The notes under the pieces are model-generated. The model ran no database searches. It saw nothing but the letters and a program-made list of their open reading frames with translations, and was not told where the DNA came from. This document shows, piece by piece, positions 37,291 to 49,714 of a stretch of DNA of 64,000 nt. This DNA is from Sphaerodactylus townsendi (Eukaryota). The position numbers were made by a program, and so were the translations under genes. Numbering within the stretch: the first letter of the stretch is position 1; every line of letters starts with the position of its first letter. The DNA is taken from assembly GCF_021028975.2 (NCBI RefSeq), contig NC_059428.1:40920001-40984000 (forward strand), in the 5' to 3' direction.

Positions 37291-38409
37291 CCATATTCTG
37301 ATGGTGCATGTCCATCCAGAAGCAGTATTCATTTCTCTTTATTCAAAACCCAGGAGGTTAGAACCCGAGGGCGTTATAACAAATAGGAAAGTTGTAGTTT
37401 TAAGACTAAATTGGAATTATCCCCTAAACAATAGCTCATGGGACTGTATCAGGAACACATGTTAAAACTCAATACTCTGTGCAATGAAATGAAATAAACT
37501 GCAGCCTTTTCTCCCCACTTCAGTGCGCTTTTGTGAAAATCAAAGTGCTACTATTTAACTAGACAGTGTATGAGATAACAAAGAAAAGCAAAGAGAAATT
37601 GTCTGCACAATTAGGAAAGAAATCAAAATGGTGTTCTGCTACAGATAATATACTAAATTGAAATCTGCACAGATGTGTTGCTGGAGGCTGTGTGTCTTAT
37701 GCTCAGACTACTATGTTTTTGTCCATGCAGGACTACCTAAGAATTTGCTTGATTGTAAACAATTTTTGTTGGAGCCCTAGCTTTGGATGTTCCTTTGTTC
37801 AAGGTGAAAAGTGGCTATTAGGCATTGCACCTTCTTGGTAGTGGTGCTTCCAGATAAAAACAGTTTTCAGTGGTTTCTGTAGGAGTTTTTAGCAAATTCT
37901 GGTGCACTCCTATGCCGTCTGTCCATTGAAATTGTAACAACTTAACTCAGAACAGGATTGAAGCCCTTAAGTTTTATTTCTTTATGTTATTTATCACCTG
38001 CTTTGTCACTTGGCTCCAAGGTGCATTATACAGAGTGAGTCAATAAAATCAACAGATGAGACATTCAATAGGATTAGGGTTGCAGAACCAACCAGATGTC
38101 TAAAAACAGAACTGAAGCAAAACATAAGTATTAATGTGTCATATTAACAGCCCAATCCAGAGAAGGATAGAGAATCCTCTTTTGGATGCAGTGCATGGGC
38201 ACCCATTCCCGGCAGAAGGGGTGAAGGCTCCAGTGGCCAGGCACCCCTCAGCTTTGAAGCAGAGAAAGCCAGAAGTCCAGGCCACTCCTGACCCATAGTT
38301 TGTGGAAAACCATGAGAATGGGAACCTTCCTAATGATCTCTGGCAGGACATTGCTCAAGGTGGAGACCACAACAGAAAGAATGTACGGGTGGTTGTTGAT
38401 GTTGCCTAT

Positions 38410-39131
38410 GGTCGGTTCCCCACTCATGATTAGATGTGTGCTCATCACTCCAAATATCCAGGTTTCCTGCAGAACTCCCCACTACACCAGCACCGAACAT
38501 GCATTCACCCTGTTTCTGCCCCCCCCCCCCCCAGCACGTGTTATTTTAGAACCTGGAAGGAAGTAGACCTTTTTGAAAAACACATGGTCAATCTGGAGCA
38601 GTGGGGAAGTTGGGTGGTGAATCCGAACTACCCGCCCTTGCAAGTGACGTGGAGCCTCCCATCCAATCAGGGTGCAGTGGGCTGCATGCAATGCACGCGC
38701 AGCCTTTTATTTTATTTTTTATTTCACGTAGCTAAAATCCATGTGGATATGTGGTGACATGGGGCTGGTTTGGAATGATTTTCTGATTTTCTGTGACACA
38801 AAGGAATGCTACGCCTCTTATCCCTGTTGATACGAGGAGACAAAGCAGCACAGAAATGGGACATTGCGTGCAGTTCTTCTGCGCATGCTCGCGCAGACGT
38901 GGATCCAAAGTGCAGAAAATTTTTTAAAATCCCGCCACAGCACAATGCAGCAGCCAATCAGGAAGCCCCTGAGCGGATCCCGCGAACAGTGGAAAATTTA
39001 GCCTGGCTGCTGCGTCGCCTGGAGCAGAGGTCATTTGGCTGCAGTGGGGACCATGAAACAGTGCTGAAAAGTTCCCGAATCAAACCAAACCAGTTTGTAC
39101 CCACTTTCATTTTTCCAGTGGGAAATCGACC
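38410..39131. mobile_element. Non-autonomous Harbinger-type element (722 bp)
   Basis: TIRs ggtcggttccccact / agtgggaaatcgacc; flanks TAT / CAT; CpG-rich interior. Confidence 0.7.
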
Positions 39132-39253
39132 CATTTCAGATTGGCATAGAGTTGCCAGCTCAGAGTTGAGAAATACCTACAGATTTTGTGGGTGGAGCCT
39201 AAGGAGGATGGGGTTTGGGTATAATATCCTTAAGTCTCCTTCCAGAGCAGCTA

Positions 39254-40271
39254 TTGGATATACTCGTGTATGAGTTTTTCAGCACATTTTTGTGCTGAAA
39301 AAGCCTCCCTCGACTTATACACGAGTCAGCTGTATTTTAAAAAATATTTTAGGGTTTTTATTTTGTTGGCTGCCAGGGGGCGCAGTTTTTAGGCTAGCAG
39401 CACCAAAATTTCAGGATATCATCAGGTTACACTCCGGATGGCACCACCCAAGTTTGGTAAAATTTGGTTCAAGGGGTTTAAAGTTATGGATCCCCAAAGA
39501 GGGTGCCCCCATCCCCCATTGTTTCCAATGGGAGCTAATAGTAGATGGGGCTACATTTTGAGGGTCCATAACTTTGGACCCCTGAACCAAACTTCACCAA
39601 ACCTGGGTGATATCACCAGGAGGGTCTCCTAAAGACACTTTGAAATGTTGGTACTGCTAACATAAACATTCCTCTCCTGACCAAAAATCCAGTTTTGAAG
39701 GATTTTAACTCTTGTGTTTTAGCTTGGTTGCTGGTTGAGCTAAGGTTTTTGTACTTTAAAGTTATTGTTGAGACCATATTGTTTTTGTTGACTCCCTTTT
39801 CCACTTACAGAGCTAGTGTACTGTTTTTCTTTGAAATAAATATTCAAAAACATTTGACCTACTGATGCCTCAATTAATGTAATTTTATTGGTATCTATTT
39901 TTATTTTTGAAATTTATCAGTAGCTGCTGCATTTTCCACCCTCGACTTATACGTATCAATCAGTTTTCCCAGTTTTTTGTGGTAAAATTAGGTGCCTCAA
40001 CTTATACCGTGTTTCCCCAAAAATAAGACAGTGTCTTATATTAATTTTTGCTCCCAAAGATGCACTATGTTTTATTTTCAGGGGATGTCTTATTTTTCTG
40101 TGTTCTGTTCATCGGGCATGCTTCCAAACAAAAACTTTGCTACGTCTTACTTTCAGGGGATGCCTTATATTTCGCACTTCAGCAAAACCTCTACTAGGTC
40201 TTATTTTCAGGGGATGTCTTATATTCGGGGAAACAGGGTGTGCGGGTTGACTTATACACGAGTATATACGG
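39254..40271. mobile_element. Non-autonomous Tc1/mariner (pogo/Tigger-like) element (middle layer)
   Basis: Ends ttggatatactcgtgtat / atacacgagtatatacgg flanked by TA; repeated ctcgacttatac subterminal motifs. Confidence 0.8.
40007..40238. mobile_element. Tc1/mariner-type MITE (inner layer), 232 bp
   Basis: TIRs ccgtgtttccccaaaaataagac / gtcttatattcggggaaacaggg; flanks TA / TG; three ttcaggggatg(t/c)cttat repeats. Confidence 0.85.
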
Positions 40272-40369
40272 TATTTTCTCCAGGTGAACTGATCTGTGTC
40301 ACCTGGAGATCAGTTGTAATTTCAGGATATCTCCAGTCACCACCTGGAAGATGGCAATCCTAGGTGAGC

Positions 40370-40795
40370 AAAGCTGTCATGATGGAGCACAGAAACAGTC
40401 TTGCAGATAAGGCCCTGAAGGGTTTTGTATGTGATAGCAAATAACTTAAATTGATCCTAGTAATACTGTAGATTGGTAGCCAGTGAACTGCCAGGAAAAT
40501 GGGAGTAATATGAGTGCTACATCTAGCTCCTAATAATAGCCAATAGCATCAGGTGGAGGTTCTGAATTAGTTTTGAGAGGAGACCGATGTACAGTGCATT
40601 ACAGTATGCAAAATTCAGTGTTGTTGTGGCTTGGATCCAGGTGGCCTAACCAGCCATATCAAGAAAGTGGACAGAACAGCCATATCAAGGTAAGAGCCAT
40701 CTTGTCGGCTAGGCTGAGTTGGAAGAAAGCCTTTTAAGCAACTACATTAACTTGCTCCTCCAATTATAAAGTTGGCTCCAAAATAACCCCAAGTC
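40370..40795 (-). mobile_element. Old L2 fragment
   Basis: aaggccctgaagggttttgtatgtgatagcaaataacttaaattga...acagtgcattacagta...ggatccaggtggc, similar to 17.6-17.9 kb. Confidence 0.55.
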
Positions 40796-40852
40796 AAACC
40801 TCAAAAGCACGTTTAGTGAGAGATTAATATTTTTAAAGTTTCACTGCCTTAC

Positions 40853-40911
40853 CTTTTCATTTATTAGCCAATGCTATCAATTTAACTCTATTTCAAAACT
40901 AAACAGTCACC
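40853..40911 (-). other. Candidate 59-nt exon ending in ATG AAA AG (possible start-codon exon of an unidentified gene)
   Basis: Minus strand ctaccttgcag|GGTGAC...TAATAAATGAAAAG|gtaagg, in repeat-free sequence. Confidence 0.4.
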
Positions 40912-41763
40912 CTGCAAGGTAGTCTAGTTTGTATTAGTGGCATTTCATCTAGCTATCTGTATGTGCAACCATTTTTAAATTCAGAAACCTCTATTCATTT
41001 CCCAGCCGCCTCTTCTTTCAAATGTAACCATTCTATGTTAAATGCATTTTGTGAGTTTTCTTCTGAGAATACTGCTTGAACTATATTTTCAGAAATATTT
41101 GGTTAAGAGGTACTTGCATGATAAATGGAAGTTCGCAGTAGATCTTATTTTAACCTGAATTCTTCAGATAACACATTCCTGAAATTATAGCCTTTCACTA
41201 TTTCCCCTTGAAGACTAAAACTTGATGATAAATAGCTAAGTTAACAATAATTACCAACACAGTGCTAAAATATCTGGTTGGGAAAGCAAAAATCTACTAA
41301 GCTTGCCTTCAAAAAACAATGTGTTTGTTTTTTAAAAACCCAGATTTTTCCTCTCTCCAATTTTAAGCACAAAGCAAAATGTTCTCTATTTTAATGGCAA
41401 TTTCAGAGGACAGCAGACACTTATGTAACCTTTGGTTGGATTTTTTCCTACTACTATAGAGATAAAATTTCAAATGCTCACTGTATAATAAAAAAGAATT
41501 GTATCAACTATATACCTTCTAGTTAAATAAAAGTTATATTGAGCTTGTGATATCCCACAAAGTATATTAAAAGAAGCATTGTTTCGCATGCATATAGAGA
41601 CTTTAAAAATCATATTCTATATCAACAAGCCATTGTTTGGCAAATAAGTTTTTCTTGTACTTTGTAAAGTGCCAAGCTCTTTGATAGTATTATACATGTA
41701 ATAATTGAAATAATAAGGGGCGTATTTGGAAAAAAAATCAGAAATCTCTTGTAGAAACTTTAC

Positions 41764-41948
41764 CTTCTTATGGGTAAACTAAATTATTTACACACAGTAA
41801 TCCCTGATCACTTGTATTTAAGAACTTGATGTCGGCATCCTTGGATTAGGATTTCTGTGATGGAATTTCTTCGAGAAAGTGACAGTGTGATTAAATGCCT
41901 TGGCTCATCAGGAATATCAGGAACCAGCATGAGTGAATGGGTTGATTT
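41764..41948 (-). other. Candidate non-coding (5'UTR) exon
   Basis: Minus strand ttatttgcgctgtcctgacag|AAATC...AAGAAG|gtaaag; stops in all frames. Confidence 0.35.
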
Positions 41949-42798
41949 CTGTCAGGACAGCGCAAATAACCAGAGAGTTGAAATTAAGAAGTGCTTTCAA
42001 AGAATTTCTGCTCTTAATGCCTCTCATTTTCCAACACTTCTTACAGAGGTGAGGAAATATAAACACAACAATTTCACTGTTCGTCCCTCTTTCAAACACA
42101 GCCAGGAAGGGGATGAAGATTTGCAGAAGTTTATTTTCTTACTTGTACAGAGAGCAAAATGTAATTCATCCACAGAATGCATATTGTTCTGCATTTTAAG
42201 GGAAAGGAATCATGATCTCCCCACAGATCTTTTCGATACCCAGCCTGACAACTTGCCCCTGTGGCAAACATCCATCTGATTAGTGTTCTTCCACCTAGGC
42301 AACATTCCAAGTATGCTTTATTTGCAAAGCAGTAAAACATGTAAAAGATACCTTTTGGAAAAGATGGAGGGAAACTTTCACAGAACTGACAACAGGCACC
42401 TTTCTAGTACAATCAGGCAAACATTTTGGATTTCTTTAAAGTGCACTCCTCTTGGGCTTGGAAGCCTAACTGGAGTTTTATCATTAAGACACAAGGAGAA
42501 TTTAAAATGTGATATAACATTTCCAGGCATACTTCTTTAGCTACTGGGGAGGGGGACACACACACACAGCCCCAGCTTTGCAGCAACAGATGTTATATAT
42601 TTCCCAGTAATTTCAGTAATCTTTCTTTTCATTGTTAAAACAACAGCTCACTACTATGTTACTTGTCAGTTGAAAATGACCCTACCAACCAACCAACCAT
42701 CCTATCAACCAGCACCCTCTAGAGAATAACAGCGGAGCCGGCATCACCACAAAACATCCGGCTGCAGCTGAAGCATTTGAAACAGAAACATTCCTTAC

Positions 42799-42900
42799 CT
42801 TGTGTATGCAAGATCCAAAGAGAGGAGATCACTGGTTCACCACGCGGAGACTGAGAAAGTGCTCTGATCAGCTGCCGGTAGCATGCAGTTAGCTTTTAAG
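42799..42900 (-). promoter_or_regulatory. Candidate promoter and short first exon
   Basis: Minus strand CACCTG E-box, TTAAAA TATA-like (42894-42899), CAGCTG, local CpGs, then CAAG|gtaagg donor at 42799. Confidence 0.4.
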
Positions 42901-43264
42901 TGCAGGTGGGAGGAGCTGTTGTTCACAGTAGGTGGGCAGATACAAAGGCAGTAGCCAGAAGTCACTAACTAGCACAGTAAATTTTGTTCCTCTGGGAGTG
43001 AGAACAAGGAGAGTACACGCCACTAAAATGAAAAAGCATCCTGATTTATTCAGTTTTCATTGCACAGGGTTCATGTTCTCTTTCCCCTACTGATAGTGTA
43101 CAGTTAGAATGATGTTATTCCCATCTTTCCCATTTAGGGGTATTGCTGATAATATTTCATCCTACATCCAAGGATATTCATAACCAGGCTGTTGATTTTT
43201 AAAAGAAATAAATACGCTTTCTTTAATGGATCTGGTGACTTTGTGGTTCAGTACTGTCTAGTTC

Positions 43265-43780
43265 ACAGAATCATAGAGTTGGAAGGGGCCACACAGGCCA
43301 TCTAGTCCAACCCCCTGTTCAGTGCAAGATCAGCCTAGAGCATCCCCGACAAGTGTCTGTCCACCTGCTGCTTAAATACACCCAGTGAGGGGGAGCTCAC
43401 CACCTCCCTAGGCAGCCAAATCCACTGCTGAACTACTCTAAGGCTCATTCCGCACATGCAGAATAATGCACTTTCAAACTGCTTTCAGTGCTCTTTGAAG
43501 CTGTGCGGAATAGTAAAATCCACTTTCAAACAGTTGTGAAAGTGGTTTGAAAACACATTATTTTGTGTGTGCAGAAGGGGCCTTACTGTAATTTCCCCAT
43601 CTTTCCTCCTGTAATTTAAACCCATTTTTAAGTTCTTTCCTTTGCTGCCAACAAGAACAGCTCCCTGCCCTCCTCTAAGTGACAGCCTCACAAATACTTA
43701 AAGAAAGCAGTCTTGTCTCCCCCATACGCACCTCCTCTTCTCCAGATTGAACATTCTCAAGTCCCCCAGCCTTTCCTTAA
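43265..43780 (-). mobile_element. CR1 3' fragment interrupted by a MITE
   Basis: cacagaatcatagagttggaagggg...tctagtccaacccc...ctcctcttctccagattgaacat. Confidence 0.85.
43442..43582. mobile_element. Harbinger-type MITE, 141-bp family
   Basis: ggctcattccgcacatgc...gtgtgcagaaggggcc; flanks TAA / TTA. Confidence 0.88.
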
Positions 43781-44686
43781 CCTATCAACTCTGATGTCTC
43801 AACCTCTCCAAGTCTAAAGAACTCTGTCAGGGAACTGTTTAATTTCATGGGCAGGTATCTTCAGTTAGAGGATCTCTGACAGCAGATGATAGGGAAGACC
43901 TCTCACTGCCCCAAATCCTGGAATGTTGCTGCAAGACAAAGAAACCAGTACTGAGCAGGGTGAATCAATGGCCCAATTTGGTACAAGTCTGCATCACATT
44001 TCAATGTAAATACTTCAAGACCTCCGACTTCCTAGTTAGTATGTTTTAATGAATGGGTTGTTAAACCAGGAAAAGGCCAGCATTGATGGTTGCAAGCTTA
44101 TTACAATTTGTTTTAGATTAATGGTTATTCTATATAATTAGAGATTGTAATAATTATTCTAGATTAATTAAATCAGAAAAAATGGATGACATCTTAAGGG
44201 AAGAAGCATTGTACAAGAGTAAGGTGTGGCTGCATTAAGTTCTGGTGTCCCACAAAAACAGAAAAACTGGAACAATTTTACTCCCTGTATAGGTGGCAAC
44301 TGTTAAAAGCCAACATAATTCTTGAGGGGAAAAATGCTAATAAATACATAGGGTTGGGACTGTGGGATTCAATCCACTATGTATGGAATTAGTCGGTGTT
44401 CAAATTAATCAAAGCATTACTTTCAGAATGTAAGAATCATATGATGCTGTAAGGGGCTTATTCATTCATTTCAATACTTTCAAGATGAAAGGATCTAGAA
44501 ATCTGATAGCCATAGGTATGCCTCAAAGTGCTCAGCAGTCACTTTATTCCTGCTTTGGGTCCTGAAACAGCTGAGAGAAAGGCAGATATATAAATATTTT
44601 TGAATAAACAAATATTATTCAATCATTTCCAATGGCAAAGGTTTGAAATAAAAGGATGCAACGGGTTGCAGAATACACACCTGGAA

Positions 44687-45037
44687 AAAGAAGAAGAAGA
44701 AGAAGAAGAAGAAGAAGAGGAGGAGGAGGAGGAGGAGGAGGAGGAGGAGCAGGAGGAGTTTGGATTTATATCCCTCCTTTCTCTCCTGCAGGAGACTCAA
44801 AGGGGCTTACAATCTCCTTGCCCTTCCCCCCTCACAACAAACACCCTGTGAGGTGGGTGGGGTTGAGAGAGCTCCGATAAGCTGTGACTAGCCCAAGGTC
44901 ACCCAGCTGGCGTGTGTGGGAGTATACAGGCTAATCGGAATTCCCCAGATAAGCCTCCACAGCTCAGGCGGCAGAGCTGGGAATCAAACCCGGTTCCTCC
45001 AGATTAGATACATGAGCTCTTAACCTCCTACACCACT
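44687..45037 (-). mobile_element. Young Squam3-like SINE with expanded (CTC)n(CTT)n tail
   Basis: Plus strand (GAA)n(GAG)n at 44687-44757 followed by the reverse-complement SINE body. Confidence 0.9.
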
Positions 45038-45744
45038 GATTTGATGGAATTTTGATCAATCTGATAGAAAAAGATTGAAGACCATTATTTTTATTTTTTA
45101 GTTTATACAGATTTCTATGAAACAGAGTCAAGAAAAGTTTGAACATCTCCTGAATTATGAAACTGTCCTGCCTGATTCCCATACTGCCCTCCACAGTAAA
45201 ACCATGGCACTTCAGAAGAATCCTAGAGCATGATCCTAGAGCAGTGATGTCACTTTAGGTTATTACCAGTAATAATGTTGTGCCATTGGCATGATAAATG
45301 CTAATATTAAAAAGTTAACAAATATTTTAATATTAATGTAATACAGGAATAAAAAGAGAAGTCCCATTTTGTTCAGTGTGACTTACTCCCAGGTAAGTGC
45401 CCATAGGAGTGCAGCCCTAGTCAACGGGAAAATGATGCTAACAGTAACAAGAATATACCAATGCTAGTTGAAGCTTGATGGGAAAGCTTAGTTGCATGAA
45501 AACAGAAATAAATGAAAAGAAGCTGGACTAACATTCACAAATATTTAACAGCAGTGGAGATTTTGGGTTGAATTCAATCATTCTCTTCAACTTACTAAAC
45601 AATTTTCCATTGGAGGACAACTTCTTCCTTTGAACTCCTTCCTCCAACAGTCTTCCTCTAGTCAGAAGGGCTCTTTCTTCCCATGGAAGTTCTCTTTCTC
45701 AAATACAAAAAGTCTTTCTTCAAAGGAAGCACTGCTTTCTCTAA

Positions 45745-45862
45745 GGCAGATTCCGCATGAGCCAAAAACAGCGGTGTGAAAATGGTGTAAACCCTTTTAC
45801 ACCATTTTAAACAATTTCACACTGTTTTTACACCGCTGTTTTTGGCCCATGCGGAATCCGCC
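45745..45862. mobile_element. Harbinger-type MITE, ~120-bp family
   Basis: TIRs ggcagattccgcatg / catgcggaatccgcc; exact TSD TAA. Confidence 0.9.
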
Positions 45863-46679
45863 TAACAGGAAAAGTCTCCAATGAAAGATCTCTCATTGAC
45901 CCAGTACCCAGTAAAAACACAAGACCACAGCATGGGTTTAACTGGTTTATTTGAAACACCTGATCTACATCATCAATTAACTATGATAATATTTAATTGA
46001 GGGTGGAGCTACGCTAGACAGCCTAGCCATGGCTGCCATTTAATTTGGCGAATCCACTCTGGCTCCAAATTTGGCCAGAGGCTACTGCCAGCCTTGTTTG
46101 CTATTGTCTGCACATACTGTGCAAAGAGGTATCCAGCCCCAGCCCCCTTCCCTGATGCACCATGATACACCATCATGCACCACTAGCAGGTTTGGATTGA
46201 TGTTGCTGAGCACCAAAGGCACCCCTTCATGTGCCCCATCCTGCTGTCAAGCAAGTGATGGTCTGTTCAGAACACACCCTCCATCGTGCCTGATCTCAGG
46301 GTGCTTGCTACTGCTCCCTTCCTATCAATAAGCAACCCACCCTATCCCTGCCAAACTAGTTATGGCCTGAAAGCAGTCAATAGCCAGGACAAGTAAAGCT
46401 ACTAGTCATGAAGCAGGTGGAAAAAGCCTATCATGGAAGAAGCCCAAAATCTCTGGTTTGGCCCCAACACCGACCAGTTATTCCCATGATATTCAATGGA
46501 GGGTGAGTGGGTCAGCAGCAGGAGGCAAAAACTGCCTCACAAGTGAGAAACTACAGTAAAAGCTTATCTTTCTAGCCTCTCCATTCGGTGGCAGCCTTTT
46601 ATTTGGAGCCAGTCTGGCCTTGTGTTTTATTCAGCTTGGACTAGGGGCAAATCAATCCTCTGGCTTACTGGCCAGGAAT

Positions 46680-47250
46680 GTCTCTTTCACAAAAAAGAAC
46701 CATTAGTTCTAACTCTAATGCTAACATAAAAGAAGTAAAATTAGTGAAGCATTCTCATAAAACATCTGATCAGATCCTAAAGAGTTTCCCAAACAAAGAA
46801 GGCATAATATTAACAACCATACCTCATATAATAAAATCAGCATTTCTGAATTATTTTATCTTGTATCTCATCACTGTAAAAAATAATCTTTTTCATCTCT
46901 TTATTATCATTATGACATAAGCCAGTTTTTAAAAAAGAAAACTGTGTAGGTGGTCTTTTGTTATTCTTCGTAATTCTTTTGGGAAGTAATTCTTCTTTCA
47001 TTTTATTTATTGACTGCAGGTCAAAAGACACTAATGATTTCTCCAGTTGTCAAAATGGATATATATTAACCAATGGTTTCAGGCAATGTTCCATCTTCTT
47101 TTGTGCTGTCCATTATTTTAAGACCTCCCAAAGTCTTCTAAGCACATTTCTTTAGGAAAGGGAGAATGTTGAAGAGTTGCACTTCATTGGGAACAATACA
47201 TTTACCTCATGGAGTTATAATCCTAAGGGCCAAGTAAGAGAATAGAGTGA
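46680..47250 (-). mobile_element. Very old L1/Tx1-like LINE fragment
   Basis: A-rich minus strand with K/N-rich reading and an RLWEVLK-like motif; highly degenerate. Confidence 0.3.
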
Positions 47251-47410
47251 ACATACCACATTTTGTAACATTTATTTCTATTCTTTTTTGTTTCCTCTGT
47301 GTTTCTTAATGGTCTCATTATACAATAATTCTGTTAGACCTTTTGGTTCTGAGCACAGATAGCCTAATATTGATGATACTAGTATTTCATTTTTTTCTTC
47401 CCAACAGCAG

Positions 47411-47524
47411 TTTGGCAGTTTTTTTAACAGACAGATGTAGAAGAAGCAAGGGATATCTCTATAAATGCTTGTCCAATAATTTTCTGCCTCTTTGACCAGT
47501 ATTTGACTTGCTCAGCACAAACAG
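47411..47524 (+). other. Candidate non-coding exon on + strand
   Basis: ttttttcttcccaacagcag NAGNAG acceptor and consensus CAG|gtaagt donor. Confidence 0.25.
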
Positions 47525-47632
47525 GTAAGTTATGTGGTATGAGATGCATCTATCTGTTTATACAATAACAGACCAGTCTTAAAACCACATTTGTACATAG
47601 GCTAAACAGTGTCTGAACAATCAAGTCTCTGT

Positions 47633-47758
47633 GGCAGATTCCGCATGGGCCAAAAACAGTGTGAAAATGGTGTGAAAATGGTGTAAACCCTTTTATACTG
47701 TTTTAAACCCTTTTACACTGTTTTCACACTGCTATTTTTGGTCCATGCGAAATCTGCC
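47633..47758. mobile_element. Harbinger-type MITE, ~120-bp family
   Basis: TIRs ggcagattccgcatgg / ccatgcgaaatctgcc; exact TSD TGT. Confidence 0.9.
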
Positions 47759-48499
47759 TGTGTCTCTCCTCATGTATATTAGTCATAGCTAAATAAAATA
47801 CACTAATTGGGAGAAAACTGTGAAGTGTTTCTTACATTAGTACAGTCACATTAAGTCTGAACAATTTACTACAAGGTCTGTTGAGCATTGCAGATTGGTT
47901 TAGAATGAGGTGCACTGGCTCCCAGGCATGCTTATACTTTTCAAATGAAGCTTGGAATTGGTATAAAGTCTTGAAGGGGTGGGGGGTGAGCCATAATATC
48001 CTGCATGCAGTTGCTAAAGTAAAGGGTGTTTTGGGGTGTTGTGCAGTGGTTTCCCATCTGGGAACTTTACGGGAAGGAGAAGACCCTGCCACTCCTTCAG
48101 GCAAAAAAAACCCAGCTGGGCATATTTTTTCTGGTTTCATTCTTTCCTAGCAGGCCTCCATATCAGCTGGGGACAGGACCAAGCTTAGTGTCTAGCTCTT
48201 TGCTGTCTTCAAGGAAACTACCTCCCAGCTGAACCCACTCAACCCGTCTGCAACGATGACTGCAGAAAATTCCAGAATGGTAAATGGATCAGAGCCTTCA
48301 ATTTGTGGTAGAACTTTGCCATCAGTCAATGCATGTAGAGTGTGCCTGTGGTAAGTTGCAAGTTGTCCAGGCAGTCCCCAGAGTAAAGTTTTGACTTTGC
48401 CTTTCTTTTGCAAATCAGGACCCAAGGTAGCTTAAAAGAAGTCACAGCCAATTAAACAGCATTGTGTGATTTTAAAAATCATCAAAAAAATAACAACAA

Positions 48500-48945
48500 A
48501 GAATGTTGATGAACTGGAGTGAGTCCAACATGGGGCAATGAAGGTGTTGAAGGGATTGAAAATCATGTTGTGTAAGGAGAGGCTGAAAAAGCTGGGAAAC
48601 TTTACACTGGAGAAAAGTCACTTGCGAGGCAATATGATTGCTACCTTCCAATATCTGATGCTATGTGGAGGATGCGGTGGATATATTTTAGTAATATTGG
48701 ATGACAGGACTTGAACTAATGAATATGAACTACAACAAAGGTAGTTTAATCTAAATGTGGGGCATAATTTCCTGATGCTGAAGTGTGTCAAACATTGGAA
48801 CAGTGAACTGGTGGATTCTTTGTTGATGGAAAATTTTAAAATATCAATTGGATATCTACTTGTTGGGAATATTATAGCTGTAGTTGCCTGCGCTGGCAGT
48901 GGTTGGATTAGAAGACCCTGGTGGCACCTTCCACTTCTGAGATTA
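48500..48945 (+). mobile_element. Old CR1 ORF2 3' fragment
   Basis: gaactggagtgagtcca...gagaggctgaaaaagctggga...ctggagaaaag...ggttggattagaagaccc...ccttcca. Confidence 0.7.
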
Positions 48946-49460
48946 AATACATAAAGTCTCAAGCAGGGCAGTTAAAAGTCCTTTCCTTAAAGCACAGAAG
49001 AGAGCAGAGCTGGCTGGAAACACTCTAGGACTGTCTGCACTGCCTTGGCAAATGCCTGGAGATTTTGATAGTATTGTCTGGGGAAGGATGTTGATCACTT
49101 CTAAATGACCCTGTAGGGATTTTTTCATGTCTCTATAGTCCTTACCATAGAGATTACAGAACAATCCTTAAGAGTTATTGTGTGACTATGGAGACCATTT
49201 TCTGGTCATTTTCCCTCCTCTTCAGTTTTTTGAGAGTGTTGGATTGGGGTCAAGCCAAGGCCCAGGATTTCTTGCTGTAGTGAACAAATGGCCAGCCTAA
49301 AACTCTCTCTTCTCTGGAATCACCAATAGGAGGCTTCTGGGCACCAGAACAAAATAACCGAGAAGCACTGCTCAAACCCTTTGAACTGCTATACCAAACC
49401 AGTACTTCTTGTGATTGGCAAATGCCTACTAGAAATAACTTAACTGCTTACGCAGAGCTA

Positions 49461-49508
49461 GATCGGGCGGTATAGAAATTGGGGATCGGGCGGTATAGAA
49501 ATTGAATA

Positions 49509-49563
<55 letters not shown>
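49461..49563 (+). repeat. Doubled 20-nt non-LTR-type 3' terminus plus (AAT)n tail
   Basis: gatcgggcggtatagaaatt occurs twice (49461-49480, 49484-49503), then (AAT)~19. Confidence 0.75.
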
Positions 49564-49714
49564 GAAACTGGCCTCAGATTGAATTGGGTATAATGAGCAA
49601 GGGGTTAGGGGGAGGGGGGGAGGGGATGCAGCAGGGCAGAACAAAGGTGAGATGATACAGAAATAAAATTTCAGAAATTATAAATAAGTCTTCTTGTATT
49701 TGCCTTCTCTCTAA

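Larger units (their letters stand above)
39147..40362. mobile_element. TAGGGTTGCCAG-family hAT MITE split by nested Tc1/mariner elements (outer layer)
   Basis: tagagttgccagctc...ccagagcagcta | insert | ttttctccaggtgaactgatc...tggcaatccta; the two halves rejoin into the family sequence. Confidence 0.8.

Noticed and set aside
38806-39273. 155-aa ORF
   Set aside because: Runs across the junction of two unrelated transposons; spurious.
40070-40225. CRISPR-like spaced repeats (ttcaggggatgtcttat x3)
   Set aside because: Internal repeats of a Tc1/mariner MITE in a vertebrate genome; no cas genes.
41857-42279. 140-aa plus-strand ORF in unique sequence
   Set aside because: GTG start, no recognisable domain, and splice signals here favour the opposite strand; not called as CDS.
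44600-44880. Poly-E, poly-R/G and poly-L ORFs
   Set aside because: Translations of the SINE tail microsatellite.
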